This document shows, piece by piece, positions 27,328 to 33,990 of a DNA stretch of 37,426 nt. Under the pieces are notes generated by a model. The model was not told the origin of the DNA. It ran no database searches and saw only the letters and a list, made by a program, of their open reading frames with translations. Positions within the stretch are counted from its first letter, which is position 1, and every line of letters starts with the position of its first letter. Location of the stretch: UHGV virus genome UHGV-0281131. The stretch is one strand, 5' to 3'. The stretch comes from a virus. Both the position numbers and the translations under genes were made by a program.

Positions 27328-28403
27328 TCTAACTCTGCCCCCTCTTCTCCTAGTCTTATTTTTATACTAACTTTAGCTATTTTTTTGAGTAGTTTTTCCA
27401 ATCTTTCAAAGTTCTTGGAATAAGACTTTTTAATCTCTCCAAGTTTTTCTAACTCTTCCAGCTTTTCAATAACTTTCTTTTTCTGGTATTGAATAGCTCT
27501 TTTTTTAATACTCATATTATTTTCAGTCATTACAACATCAAGTAATCTAATATCAAATATTAAATACTCTTTCATCATAAGTCTTTCTGCTAACCCCTTA
27601 GTTCCTGGAGCAACTATCTTTTTTAATTCTGCGATGTCATAGTTTAACTCTTTGACTATCTGCTCTGTAAGTATTGCTCCTATTGTTTTTCTAAGTGATG
27701 AAGCTAGATTATCTTTAGTTATTCCACCTAAATGATTTAAGTTGTAGGTCTTGAGGTGCGGAGGTCTTAGTGTCAACTCTCCTCTTAATGCTTGTCTTTT
27801 CTTTACTCCCTCTTTTCCCGTATCTTCCATCTCTTTTCTTTTGGAATAGATTTTAAAGTAAGCCTTGCTATCTCTTGGTCTTTTACCTTTTTCTCTAAAG
27901 TCTACTCCGTCAAGTTCCAATCTTTTTTTGTTGTCTGTATCAAAATACATTCTTGAGGTTGGAAAGATATTTTTATATGCTCTGTATATCAAATTTAAAA
28001 CTTGATAATAATTTCTAATGTTCTCAACTTCTAATTGGTTTGAGAGGTCTAGACTTGTTATAACTATATCCTCTTCTCTTACAAGTTCCCCTGTTATGCT
28101 TCTAAGTATTAAGATTAATTCTTGATGTACTTGAGCAATAACTTTTTTATTTGTTACTAGCTTGTAATTGTCATTGTTATCATATCTGGAATAACTAAAA
28201 GATATTGTTATAGTTATAGAGTTTCTTTTCTCCTCTACTCCTATAAAGTTTAACCAGCTAAATTTTTTTAGCTGGATATTTTTATATAATATTCTTTTAT
28301 TTTCTGCTTGTGCCTCTTCTTTCAGTAATAGATTAGCTGACCCGATTATAAAATCAAAGTCAGTTTGTCTAACTGAATAATTTATACTTGCGGTATCTAC
28401 AAT
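27315..28403 (-). CDS. First gene of late operon: 363-codon open frame; only ATG is at 27992 (225 aa), upstream 137 codons stop-free with ATT after a strong SD
   Basis: The frame is open from TAG at 28404-28406 to 27315. AAAAGGGGGTGGG is followed 4 nt later by ATT at 28401-28403. No ATG/GTG/TTG occurs until 27992. The C-terminal half is Lys/Glu-rich and helical. Confidence 0.4.
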   Translation of the reverse strand: MVDTASINYSVRQTDFDFIIGSANLLLKEEAQAENKRILYKNIQLKKFSWLNFIGVEEKRNSITITISFSYSRYDNNDNYKLVTNKKVIAQVHQELILILRSITGELVREEDIVITSLDLSNQLEVENIRNYYQVLNLIYRAYKNIFPTSRMYFDTDNKKRLELDGVDFREKGKRPRDSKAYFKIYSKRKEMEDTGKEGVKKRQALRGELTLRPPHLKTYNLNHLGGITKDNLASSLRKTIGAILTEQIVKELNYDIAELKKIVAPGTKGLAERLMMKEYLIFDIRLLDVVMTENNMSIKKRAIQYQKKKVIEKLEELEKLGEIKKSYSKNFERLEKLLKKIAKVSIKIRLGEEGAELEWQE

Positions 28404-28606
28404 CTAACCCACCCCCTTTTAATTTTCTAAAAGATAGCTTTAAGTTTTAAAACTATCTCTAAGAAAATCAGGTATATTTTATTTTTTTATATGCTGCTCT
28501 CTCTAATATAAACGGGAGCATTATATATAATTTTATGTCAAAAAATTTTTTTAAAAACATAGAATTTATGCTAGTTTCAGAAGATTTTTTCTTACTTTTA
28601 TACCCT

Positions 28607-28634
28607 CAAAAACGCAATTTTTTTTGCGTTTTTG
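28607..28634. terminator. Perfect 11-bp A/T-symmetric hairpin CAAAAACGCAA-T6-TTGCGTTTTTG (bidirectional terminator/insulator)
   Basis: Seen directly. Lies between the late operon start and the convergent gene pair at 28716-29062. Confidence 0.5.
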
Positions 28635-28651
28635 GGGTAAAAAAATATTTA

Positions 28652-28680
28652 TTAACATACTTTCAAAATTGTTATATAAT
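28652..28680 (+). promoter_or_regulatory. Promoter TTAACA-17-TATAAT for the 28716 ORF
   Basis: Spacing is exactly 17 bp. SD AAAGGAG precedes the ATG at 28716. Confidence 0.4.
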
Positions 28681-28715
28681 TTGATTAGCACACATCAAAG
28701 AAAGGAGTTGAAAGT

Positions 28716-28910
28716 ATGTTTGAAGATATTTTCAAAGGTTCAATAGTTGATGTCTATATCAACAACCCAGAAAAACCAACTTTTGAAGGCTATAAATTTA
28801 TAAGACAAATAAATGCTTTTATTTGCCTTGAAAATCCCAGCAATTTTAATTTTATCTATGTAAATCTAAATAATGTTTTAGCTATTCAAAAGTCAGTAAC
28901 TCAAGAGTAA
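28716..28910 (+). CDS. Hypothetical protein (64 aa)
   Basis: ORF with SD AAAGGAG and its own promoter. Convergent with the minus-strand regulator pair. Confidence 0.4.
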   Translation: MFEDIFKGSIVDVYINNPEKPTFEGYKFIRQINAFICLENPSNFNFIYVNLNNVLAIQKSVTQE

Positions 28911-28918
28911 ATGGCAGT

Positions 28919-29062
28919 TTATTCTGCCTTTTCTCTTTTTAGTAATAAAGTATTAAAATAATCAAGTATCATTCTTTCTTGTAGTTCTTTTCTCAAGTCC
29001 ATTTTGTCTAGCTCTTCTTTAAAATACTTCAATGTCTCAACAAGTTCTTTTGTTTCTTCCAT
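28919..29062 (-). CDS. Small acidic helical protein (47 aa): MEETKELVETLKYFKEELDKMDLRKELQERMILDYFNTLLLKREKAE
   Basis: Not in the track (<60 aa). Strong SD AAGGAGGTGCAGGA immediately before ATG at 29060-29062. Directly downstream of the HTH gene, 36 nt apart on the same strand. Confidence 0.35.
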   Translation of the reverse strand: MEETKELVETLKYFKEELDKMDLRKELQERMILDYFNTLLLKREKAE

Positions 29063-29098
29063 TCCTGCACCTCCTTTCGTTTTCCTGGTGTTAAAATG

Positions 29099-29335
29099 TT
29101 ATTTAACTAAATCAGCAACTGAAACATCAAGGGCATTCGCTAGTTCAAATAAAGTTGATGTTGTTATCCCGTCGCCTTTTTCTAATTTTTTTAGTCTATT
29201 ATGCACATTCTGGGGAGTAGTCCCAGTTTTTCTAGCTAATTCACTAGAATTTATTTTTTTTACTTCCATTTCTTTTAAAATATTTTTATAAATTATTAAA
29301 TTAAAATATTTAATTCCGTTCATTATATACCCCAT
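29099..29335 (-). CDS. XRE-family HTH transcriptional regulator (Cro/CI-type); likely true start at internal Met (29269)
   Basis: INSSELARKTGTTPQNVHNRLKKLEKGDGITTSTLFELANALDVSVADL is a classic HTH_3 domain. The N-terminal 22 residues of the track ORF are AT-rich filler. Confidence 0.6.
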   Translation of the reverse strand: MGYIMNGIKYFNLIIYKNILKEMEVKKINSSELARKTGTTPQNVHNRLKKLEKGDGITTSTLFELANALDVSVADLVK

Positions 29336-29483
29336 TTTTATTTTTTTATATATATTTTTAAACCATTTTAATTATATTAATAACTCAAAAATTTAATAAA
29401 GTCAATATTTATTTTTTATATAAAAATAAAAAAGTTATAAAAACATTCTATTTTTCTAGCTTTTCAAAAGATAAAAAATATAT

Positions 29484-29519
29484 AAAAAAGAGGAGAAAAA
29501 AATTCTCCTCTTGTTTATT
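29484..29519. terminator. Bidirectional rho-independent terminator GAGGAGAA-AAAAA-TTCTCCTC with flanking A and T runs
   Basis: Seen directly. Terminates the repressor-membrane protein operon (minus) before the next HTH gene. Confidence 0.55.
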
Positions 29520-29549
29520 CTTGTGATAATTATTTTATTTCTTTATTTT

Positions 29550-30266
29550 TTAAATAATTTCTAATTTTAAAATCATTGTTTCTTCTTTAGGGTCTAATAT
29601 TACACAAATTGTTAATTTATAAGTTTTTAAATAATCATATTTTTCTAATTTGGTTATATCAGTTATGATATACTCTTCTCTTAAAGTTTCATCTTTCACA
29701 TACATTCCTGTTTTTTTGATAGTAAAATCTTTGAATTCTTTTTCTAATTCTATATTCAATCCTGCAAATAATGAAGTATAATAAAATTGTGCCAAACCTT
29801 TATTGTTTATATTTTTATGATTAAATTCTGGCGTTTTATATCTTGCAACTTTAAAATAAATGATATTTTTTTTATCATAAAAATTATTAATCATATTTTC
29901 TATTTTAGGACTTTTATTTTTCAAAAAAGAATCCAAAAAAAAGTTAAATTTTTCTTTTTCTTCATCAAATAAATTTTCGAAAATAACTTCATCTACTGCT
30001 TGCTCCTCTCTACATTCTGGAACAGACAAAGGTTTCATTGATATATCTTCAGGCATTTTTATTTCATAGTCATATACTCCTTTTGTATAATTATCGTTCT
30101 TCTCTTTTTCTTTTTGTTCTCTTTTTTCTTTTTCCCATTTTCTTATTTTACTTTCTTGTATTTGGTCATGAATAAACGACCATACAAAAGCTATCACTAA
30201 AATAAAAATAGCTCCAACAATCGTTTCTCCTACTAAATAAATCAAATCATTTAAACTTCTTATCAT
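29550..30266 (-). CDS. Membrane-anchored protein co-transcribed with the CI-like repressor (candidate superinfection exclusion / abortive infection protein)
   Basis: 238 aa. N-terminal TM helix (LVGETIVGAIFILVIAFVWSFI), Lys/Glu-rich linker, ~150-aa globular C-terminal domain. Starts 24 nt downstream of the repressor stop and is followed by a terminator. Confidence 0.5.
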   Translation of the reverse strand: MIRSLNDLIYLVGETIVGAIFILVIAFVWSFIHDQIQESKIRKWEKEKREQKEKEKNDNYTKGVYDYEIKMPEDISMKPLSVPECREEQAVDEVIFENLFDEEKEKFNFFLDSFLKNKSPKIENMINNFYDKKNIIYFKVARYKTPEFNHKNINNKGLAQFYYTSLFAGLNIELEKEFKDFTIKKTGMYVKDETLREEYIITDITKLEKYDYLKTYKLTICVILDPKEETMILKLEII

Positions 30267-30289
30267 ATCCCCGCCTTTATATATAACCG

Positions 30290-30607
30290 TTATTGTTTTA
30301 AAAATTTAATAGCATCTAACATATGATTTAATTTTTTATTCTCTTCTTTTAATCTTTTTACCTCTTCTATCATTTCTGGGCTCATTCTGTCGAAGTTCCA
30401 AGCTTCCCATGCTTCGTTAGTTTCTTTCTCATCCAATTTTAAAAACTCTATTATTTTTTGCCAAGTTTCATATTTAGCAGTCTTTTTCCCATTTCTCATA
30501 TAACTTAAATATACTTGGCTTATTCCTGCATACTCTGCCATATCTTTTAAATTTACATTTTTAGCAACTGAATATTTTTTTAAAAAAATCTCTGTATTAG
30601 TCATCAT
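30290..30607 (-). CDS. CI-like prophage repressor (XRE-family HTH)
   Basis: HTH LKDMAEYAGISQVYLSYMRNGKK near the N-terminus. Transcribed divergently from the early operon. Confidence 0.65.
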   Translation of the reverse strand: MMTNTEIFLKKYSVAKNVNLKDMAEYAGISQVYLSYMRNGKKTAKYETWQKIIEFLKLDEKETNEAWEAWNFDRMSPEMIEEVKRLKEENKKLNHMLDAIKFLKQ

Positions 30608-30637
30608 AACACCTCGTTTTTACACTTTTTTATTTAT

Positions 30638-30672
30638 ATTATAGCACAAGCTATTAAATTTAGTAAATAACC
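30638..30672 (-). promoter_or_regulatory. Repressor (maintenance) promoter, extended -10 TGcTATAAT on minus strand
   Basis: Minus-strand reads TTTACT-N18-TGCTATAAT. The -10 lies at 30638-30643, 25 nt upstream of the repressor start. Confidence 0.4.
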
Positions 30673-30709
30673 TAGTTTTTATTTTTAAACTTTTTTATTT
30701 AAAAAACTA

Positions 30710-30738
30710 TTGACAAATTAAAAAAAATTCTATATAAT
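30710..30738 (+). promoter_or_regulatory. Early promoter with perfect consensus TTGACA-17-TATAAT
   Basis: TTGACA at 30710-30715 and TATAAT at 30733-30738. Drives the plus-strand early operon starting at 30804. Divergent from the repressor promoter. Confidence 0.6.
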
Positions 30739-30758
30739 TCAATTAAGAAATTAAACTA

Positions 30759-30783
30759 AAAGGTTTAAAATAATAAACCTTTA
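30759..30783 (+). promoter_or_regulatory. Perfect palindrome AAAGGTTTA-AAATAA-TAAACCTTT in the early 5' leader (operator or leader hairpin)
   Basis: Seen directly. 9-bp arms between the early promoter and the SD (AGGAGTTGG) of the first early gene. Confidence 0.4.
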
Positions 30784-30803
30784 AATTTATAGGAGTTGGT
30801 AAT

Positions 30804-31250
30804 ATGTATAAATACTTTAACAGTAACGAGGATTTAAAAAAACAATATAGAGAATTATGTAAGAGATTACACCCAGACCATGGTGGAAACGAAGAGAACT
30901 TCAAAGAGATGATGGCAGAGTATGAAAGAATACAACTTGAGGGATTTAAACAACAAGCAAGGGAAGCAGGGGAAGAGATAGCCCCAGAGGTTATGGAGAT
31001 ACTAAAGAAAATAATACATTTCCATGGTTTAGAGATTGATGTTGTAGGCTCTTGGATATGGGTATCTGGTAATACTTTCTTATACAAGGAACAGTTAAAA
31101 GAACTTGGTTTTAGATGGAGTGCTAAAAGAAAAAAATGGTACTTTGGAGAGAAAAAAGGAAAAGGAACATTCAAGGGAGATTATGAAGAGTTAAAACAAA
31201 AATATGGTTGGCAAAGAGTACAAGGAAGCAACCTACAAGCGATAGCATAA
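30804..31250 (+). CDS. J-domain (DnaJ-like) protein, first early gene
   Basis: N-terminus DLKKQYRELCKRLHPDHGGNEENFKEMMAEYERI is a J domain with the invariant HPD tripeptide. A ~80-aa C-terminal domain of unknown function follows. Confidence 0.7.
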   Translation: MYKYFNSNEDLKKQYRELCKRLHPDHGGNEENFKEMMAEYERIQLEGFKQQAREAGEEIAPEVMEILKKIIHFHGLEIDVVGSWIWVSGNTFLYKEQLKELGFRWSAKRKKWYFGEKKGKGTFKGDYEELKQKYGWQRVQGSNLQAIA

Positions 31251-31253
31251 TTA

Positions 31254-31312
31254 AGTTTTTATAGGTTCCCCAAGGAACTTGGGGGACTTGTTAAAAACTT
31301 AAAGGGGGGTGG
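31254..31312 (+). repeat. Intergenic structured repeat copy 1 (hairpin GTTCCCCAAG-GAA-CTTGGGGGAC + ACTTGTTAAAAACTTAAAGGGGGGTGG)
   Basis: One of three ~60-bp near-identical units (31254, 32085, 32801). Each ends in the SD of the next gene. Confidence 0.6.
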
Positions 31313-31316
31313 CAAT

Positions 31317-31496
31317 ATGTCACAAGATGTGATGTTCTTAAAATATATCAATGAGAAATGGGGAGTTCTTACAGTAAGAAGATTTAAAAAATTTTATATA
31401 GTAAATGCTGGAGAGTTTCATGGATATGGTTTAACAGTATCTGAAGCAATAGCAAATTTAGCACTTAATAGTCAAGAGGAGGGAAAACTATGTTAG
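31317..31496 (+). CDS. Small protein (59 aa), possible HicB/UPF0150-like fold
   Basis: Not in the track. ATG follows the repeat-borne SD GGGGGGTGG. Sequence ...NAGEFHGYGLTVSEAIANLAL... resembles the small alpha/beta HicB-like domain. Weak call. Confidence 0.3.
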   Translation: MSQDVMFLKYINEKWGVLTVRRFKKFYIVNAGEFHGYGLTVSEAIANLALNSQEEGKLC

Positions 31497-31765
31497 ATAA
31501 AGAATTATTAGAAGGATTTGAAACAATGCAACAATTACAAGATGATGGACTAATTGATTCTTACAATTATAACTCAAAGACAGGAGATTTTATGGTATTT
31601 TCTGGACTTGGTAAAAAGGAAGTTAAGTTCCAGGTGGATATGGATAGTATGATGGAGTTTTTAGAAGAATGGGAAAAAGAAGTTGAAGAAGCTTTCCAAG
31701 ATAAAAAAAGAGAAGAGCAAGACAGAGAAGCAGCTTACTGGGCAGTCCAAGGGGTTAGATATTAA
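31490..31765 (+). CDS. Hypothetical acidic protein (91 aa)
   Basis: ORF overlapping the previous stop. SD GAGGAGGG upstream. Confidence 0.4.
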   Translation: MLDKELLEGFETMQQLQDDGLIDSYNYNSKTGDFMVFSGLGKKEVKFQVDMDSMMEFLEEWEKEVEEAFQDKKREEQDREAAYWAVQGVRY

Positions 31766-31832
31766 TGATAGCTTGGATAAAACATATATTAAAATTCAAA
31801 ATTAAATATAGCAAAATGTAGGGGGAATTAGA

Positions 31833-32081
31833 ATGTTAGCAGTAATGATGGAGAATTTAAAAGAAAAATACAGTATTAAAAATTTAGCTTGGGAGATAAA
31901 AAACAATATAGTTTTCTTTAGTGGAGAACTTAAAAAAAATATAGTTGCTGGATATGTAGGAAAAAAACCAGTAAGTTATGAAAAAAAATTAGATTTTAAT
32001 AGCTTTAGGGTAGCAGATGAAAATGTGGGAAAAGAAATTGATGACTTTTTCCAAATGCTTGAAAATGTTTTTAATAAATAA
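31833..32081 (+). CDS. Hypothetical protein (82 aa)
   Basis: ORF with SD GTAGGGGGAATTAG upstream. Confidence 0.4.
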   Translation: MLAVMMENLKEKYSIKNLAWEIKNNIVFFSGELKKNIVAGYVGKKPVSYEKKLDFNSFRVADENVGKEIDDFFQMLENVFNK

Positions 32082-32084
32082 TTT

Positions 32085-32143
32085 AGTTTTTATAGGTTCC
32101 CCAAGAGCCTTAGGGTACTTATTAAAAACTTAAAAGGGGGCGG
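32085..32143 (+). repeat. Intergenic structured repeat copy 2
   Basis: TTTTTATAGGTTCCCCAAGAGCCTTAGGGTACTTATTAAAAACTTAAAAGGGGGCGG. Same architecture as copy 1. Confidence 0.6.
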
Positions 32144-32148
32144 TCAAT

Positions 32149-32286
32149 ATGACTGATGTTGGATTAGGAAGACTTGATAATTACTTTGATGAGGAGCTAG
32201 AAGAAGTTAGAGAAGCTGCAGCAGATATGACAGAAAAAGAGCTTAGAGAATTTTTAGAACTTTTAAATATCGAGGAGTGGTTTTAA
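32149..32286 (+). CDS. Small acidic protein (45 aa): MTDVGLGRLDNYFDEELEEVREAAADMTEKELREFLELLNIEEWF
   Basis: Not in the track. ATG follows the repeat SD. Stop overlaps the next ATG (TAATG). Confidence 0.3.
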   Translation: MTDVGLGRLDNYFDEELEEVREAAADMTEKELREFLELLNIEEWF

Positions 32287-32798
32287 TGGCAAATATAATG
32301 AATTTATTAGAGGACAAATTAGTATTAAATGAACTTTGGGAAAATTCCATTGATGAGAATACAGGAGAGATAAAAGAGTGTGAAGCTTTAGAGGCTTTAA
32401 CAAAAGAAATAGAGCAAGATTTGAACAGCAAAACAGGTAGAATTATACAGGTATTTCAAAATAATAAAGCACAAATAGAAGTGCTGGACAAGGAAATAAA
32501 AAGGCTTGAAGCTAGAAAAAAATCTTTAGAGAATAAAGATAAAAATTTTAAAAACTTCTTGAAATATACTCTTGAAAGAATAGGAGTAAAAAAAATAGAT
32601 ACTATCTTTGGAATAATAGGAATAAAAAATAATCCTGCAAGTGTAGAGCTTATAGACAAAGACAAAATACCTGCAGAATTTAAGACAATAAAATATGTTG
32701 AAGATATTTCAAAAACTGAAATTTCAAAAGCTTTAAAGGCTGGGGTAGAAGTTCCAGGAGCAGAACTTAAACAAAGTACAAGTTTATATATTAAATGA
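32286..32798 (+). CDS. Gp157-like protein (siphovirus Gp157 family; recombination-module partner)
   Basis: 170 aa from ATG 32286 (the track started at an upstream GTG). Coiled-coil (EIKRLEARKKSLENKDKN) then NPASVELIDKDKIPAEFK...ALKAGVEVPGAEL, as remembered for Gp157-family proteins that pair with Sak/RecT. Confidence 0.4.
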   Translation: MANIMNLLEDKLVLNELWENSIDENTGEIKECEALEALTKEIEQDLNSKTGRIIQVFQNNKAQIEVLDKEIKRLEARKKSLENKDKNFKNFLKYTLERIGVKKIDTIFGIIGIKNNPASVELIDKDKIPAEFKTIKYVEDISKTEISKALKAGVEVPGAELKQSTSLYIK

Positions 32799-32800
32799 TT

Positions 32801-32860
32801 TAGTTTTTATAGGTTCCCCAGGAGTCTTGGGGTACTTATTAAAAATTAAATTGGAGGTGG
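32801..32860 (+). repeat. Intergenic structured repeat copy 3
   Basis: TTTTTATAGGTTCCCCAGGAGTCTTGGGGTACTTATTAAAAATTAAATTGGAGGTGG. Same architecture as copies 1 and 2. Confidence 0.6.
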
Positions 32861-32865
32861 TCTTT

Positions 32866-33489
32866 ATGACTAAAGAAAAATTTCAAGAAATGTATTTAAA
32901 AGATTTAACAGGTATGATAGAAACAGTAGACACAGGAAAAAGAAAGCTATCATATATTAGCTGGGCTAATGCTTACAAAATGGCTATGGAGCAAGACCCA
33001 TCAATGAGTTATGAAATATTAGAAGATTTAGAGGGGTTTCCTTTATTCTCAAGAGGGGATTGCCACTTTGTAAAAACTACTGTTACTATGTTTGGAGTAA
33101 CTAAAAAAATGATGTTACCTATCATGGACAATAGACATAATTCTATAAGCAAACCTAACAGTAGAGATATAAACGACAGTATAATGAGATGTCTTGTAAA
33201 AAATATAGCAATGTTTGGTATAGGACTATCATTATACACTGGAGAGGATTTGGAAAAGTATAAGGAATCCAAAGAAGATAAAGAGGTTAAGGAAGTTGAA
33301 GAGCAAATTACACCAGAAGAGAGGGCTAAATTTATAGAAGTTATAAATAAAAAATACTCTAAAGAGGATATAGACAAGGCTATATACTTAGTTAAGGAAA
33401 ATGGTAGATTTGAATTTAATATCTACACAGCAAGTAAAAAAGAATTGAACTATTTAAAAGCAACTTTAAGAAGTTTAAAAACTGCATAA
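32866..33489 (+). CDS. Single-strand annealing protein, Rad52/Sak-like
   Basis: 207 aa from ATG 32866 (the track ORF began at a TTG inside the repeat). LSYISWANAYKMAMEQDP and the NIAMFGIGLSLYTGEDL segment resemble conserved blocks of phage Rad52-like SSAPs (FGIGRYLY-type motif). Lys/Glu-rich C-terminal tail. Confidence 0.45.
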   Translation: MTKEKFQEMYLKDLTGMIETVDTGKRKLSYISWANAYKMAMEQDPSMSYEILEDLEGFPLFSRGDCHFVKTTVTMFGVTKKMMLPIMDNRHNSISKPNSRDINDSIMRCLVKNIAMFGIGLSLYTGEDLEKYKESKEDKEVKEVEEQITPEERAKFIEVINKKYSKEDIDKAIYLVKENGRFEFNIYTASKKELNYLKATLRSLKTA

Positions 33490-33498
33490 AATAAAAAT

Positions 33499-33529
33499 GG
33501 CAGGTTTATTCCTGCCACTTTTATTAAAG
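33499..33529 (+). terminator. Rho-independent terminator GGCAGG-TTTATT-CCTGCC + ACTTTTATT after the early operon
   Basis: Seen directly, 10 nt after the stop at 33489. Confidence 0.5.
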
Positions 33530-33647
33530 AATCTTGAATAACATACGATGTTAAAAAAAGCATCTTATATGGGGTTAAAAATTTGGATACAGTAGTATAA
33601 TATACTTTTTGATATAAGTCAATATATTTTTAAACAAAAAGTATAAA

Positions 33648-33955
33648 GGTACAAAATCCAATTTTTATAGGTACAACATCAAAATTAATGTACCTTTAAA
33701 AACTACAAAATCCAAATTATAACTACATGTCCTTTTATTATTGTAGTTAATTATTTCCTATTTAGAAGAATATCTTTATATTCTTGTTTCTTTTAATATA
33801 TTTCGGCACCTCTCAAACCTTTAATTTTAGAGGGCTAGAGAAGACAAAAAACGACAAAATCCAGAGTATTTAACTACAAAATCCAAAGCAAAAAACGACA
33901 AAATCCAGAGTATTTAACTACAAAATCCAAAATATAGAACTACAAAATCCAAAAT
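33648..33955. repeat. Iteron-type replication origin: ~7 copies of ACAAAATCCA(A/G) core including two 44-bp tandem units
   Basis: AACTACAAAATCCAAA at 33701, 33872, 33916 and 33937. GACAAAATCCAGAG at 33853 and 33897. A 44-bp direct repeat spans 33844-33887 and 33888-33931. Lies immediately upstream of the Rep gene. Confidence 0.7.
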
Positions 33956-33990
33956 TGAACGACATTATTTATTGACTATGTAGTTTTAAT

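Noticed and set aside
30743-31174. 143-aa ORF on the minus strand
   Set aside because: Lies entirely antisense to the well-supported J-domain gene (30804-31250). It has no SD and an implausible composition, so it is a spurious shadow ORF.
33648-33955. Direct repeats that could suggest CRISPR or a mobile-element terminal repeat
   Set aside because: The units are 10-44 bp and spaced irregularly. They sit immediately upstream of a Rep_3-type initiator, which is the classic iteron origin layout.
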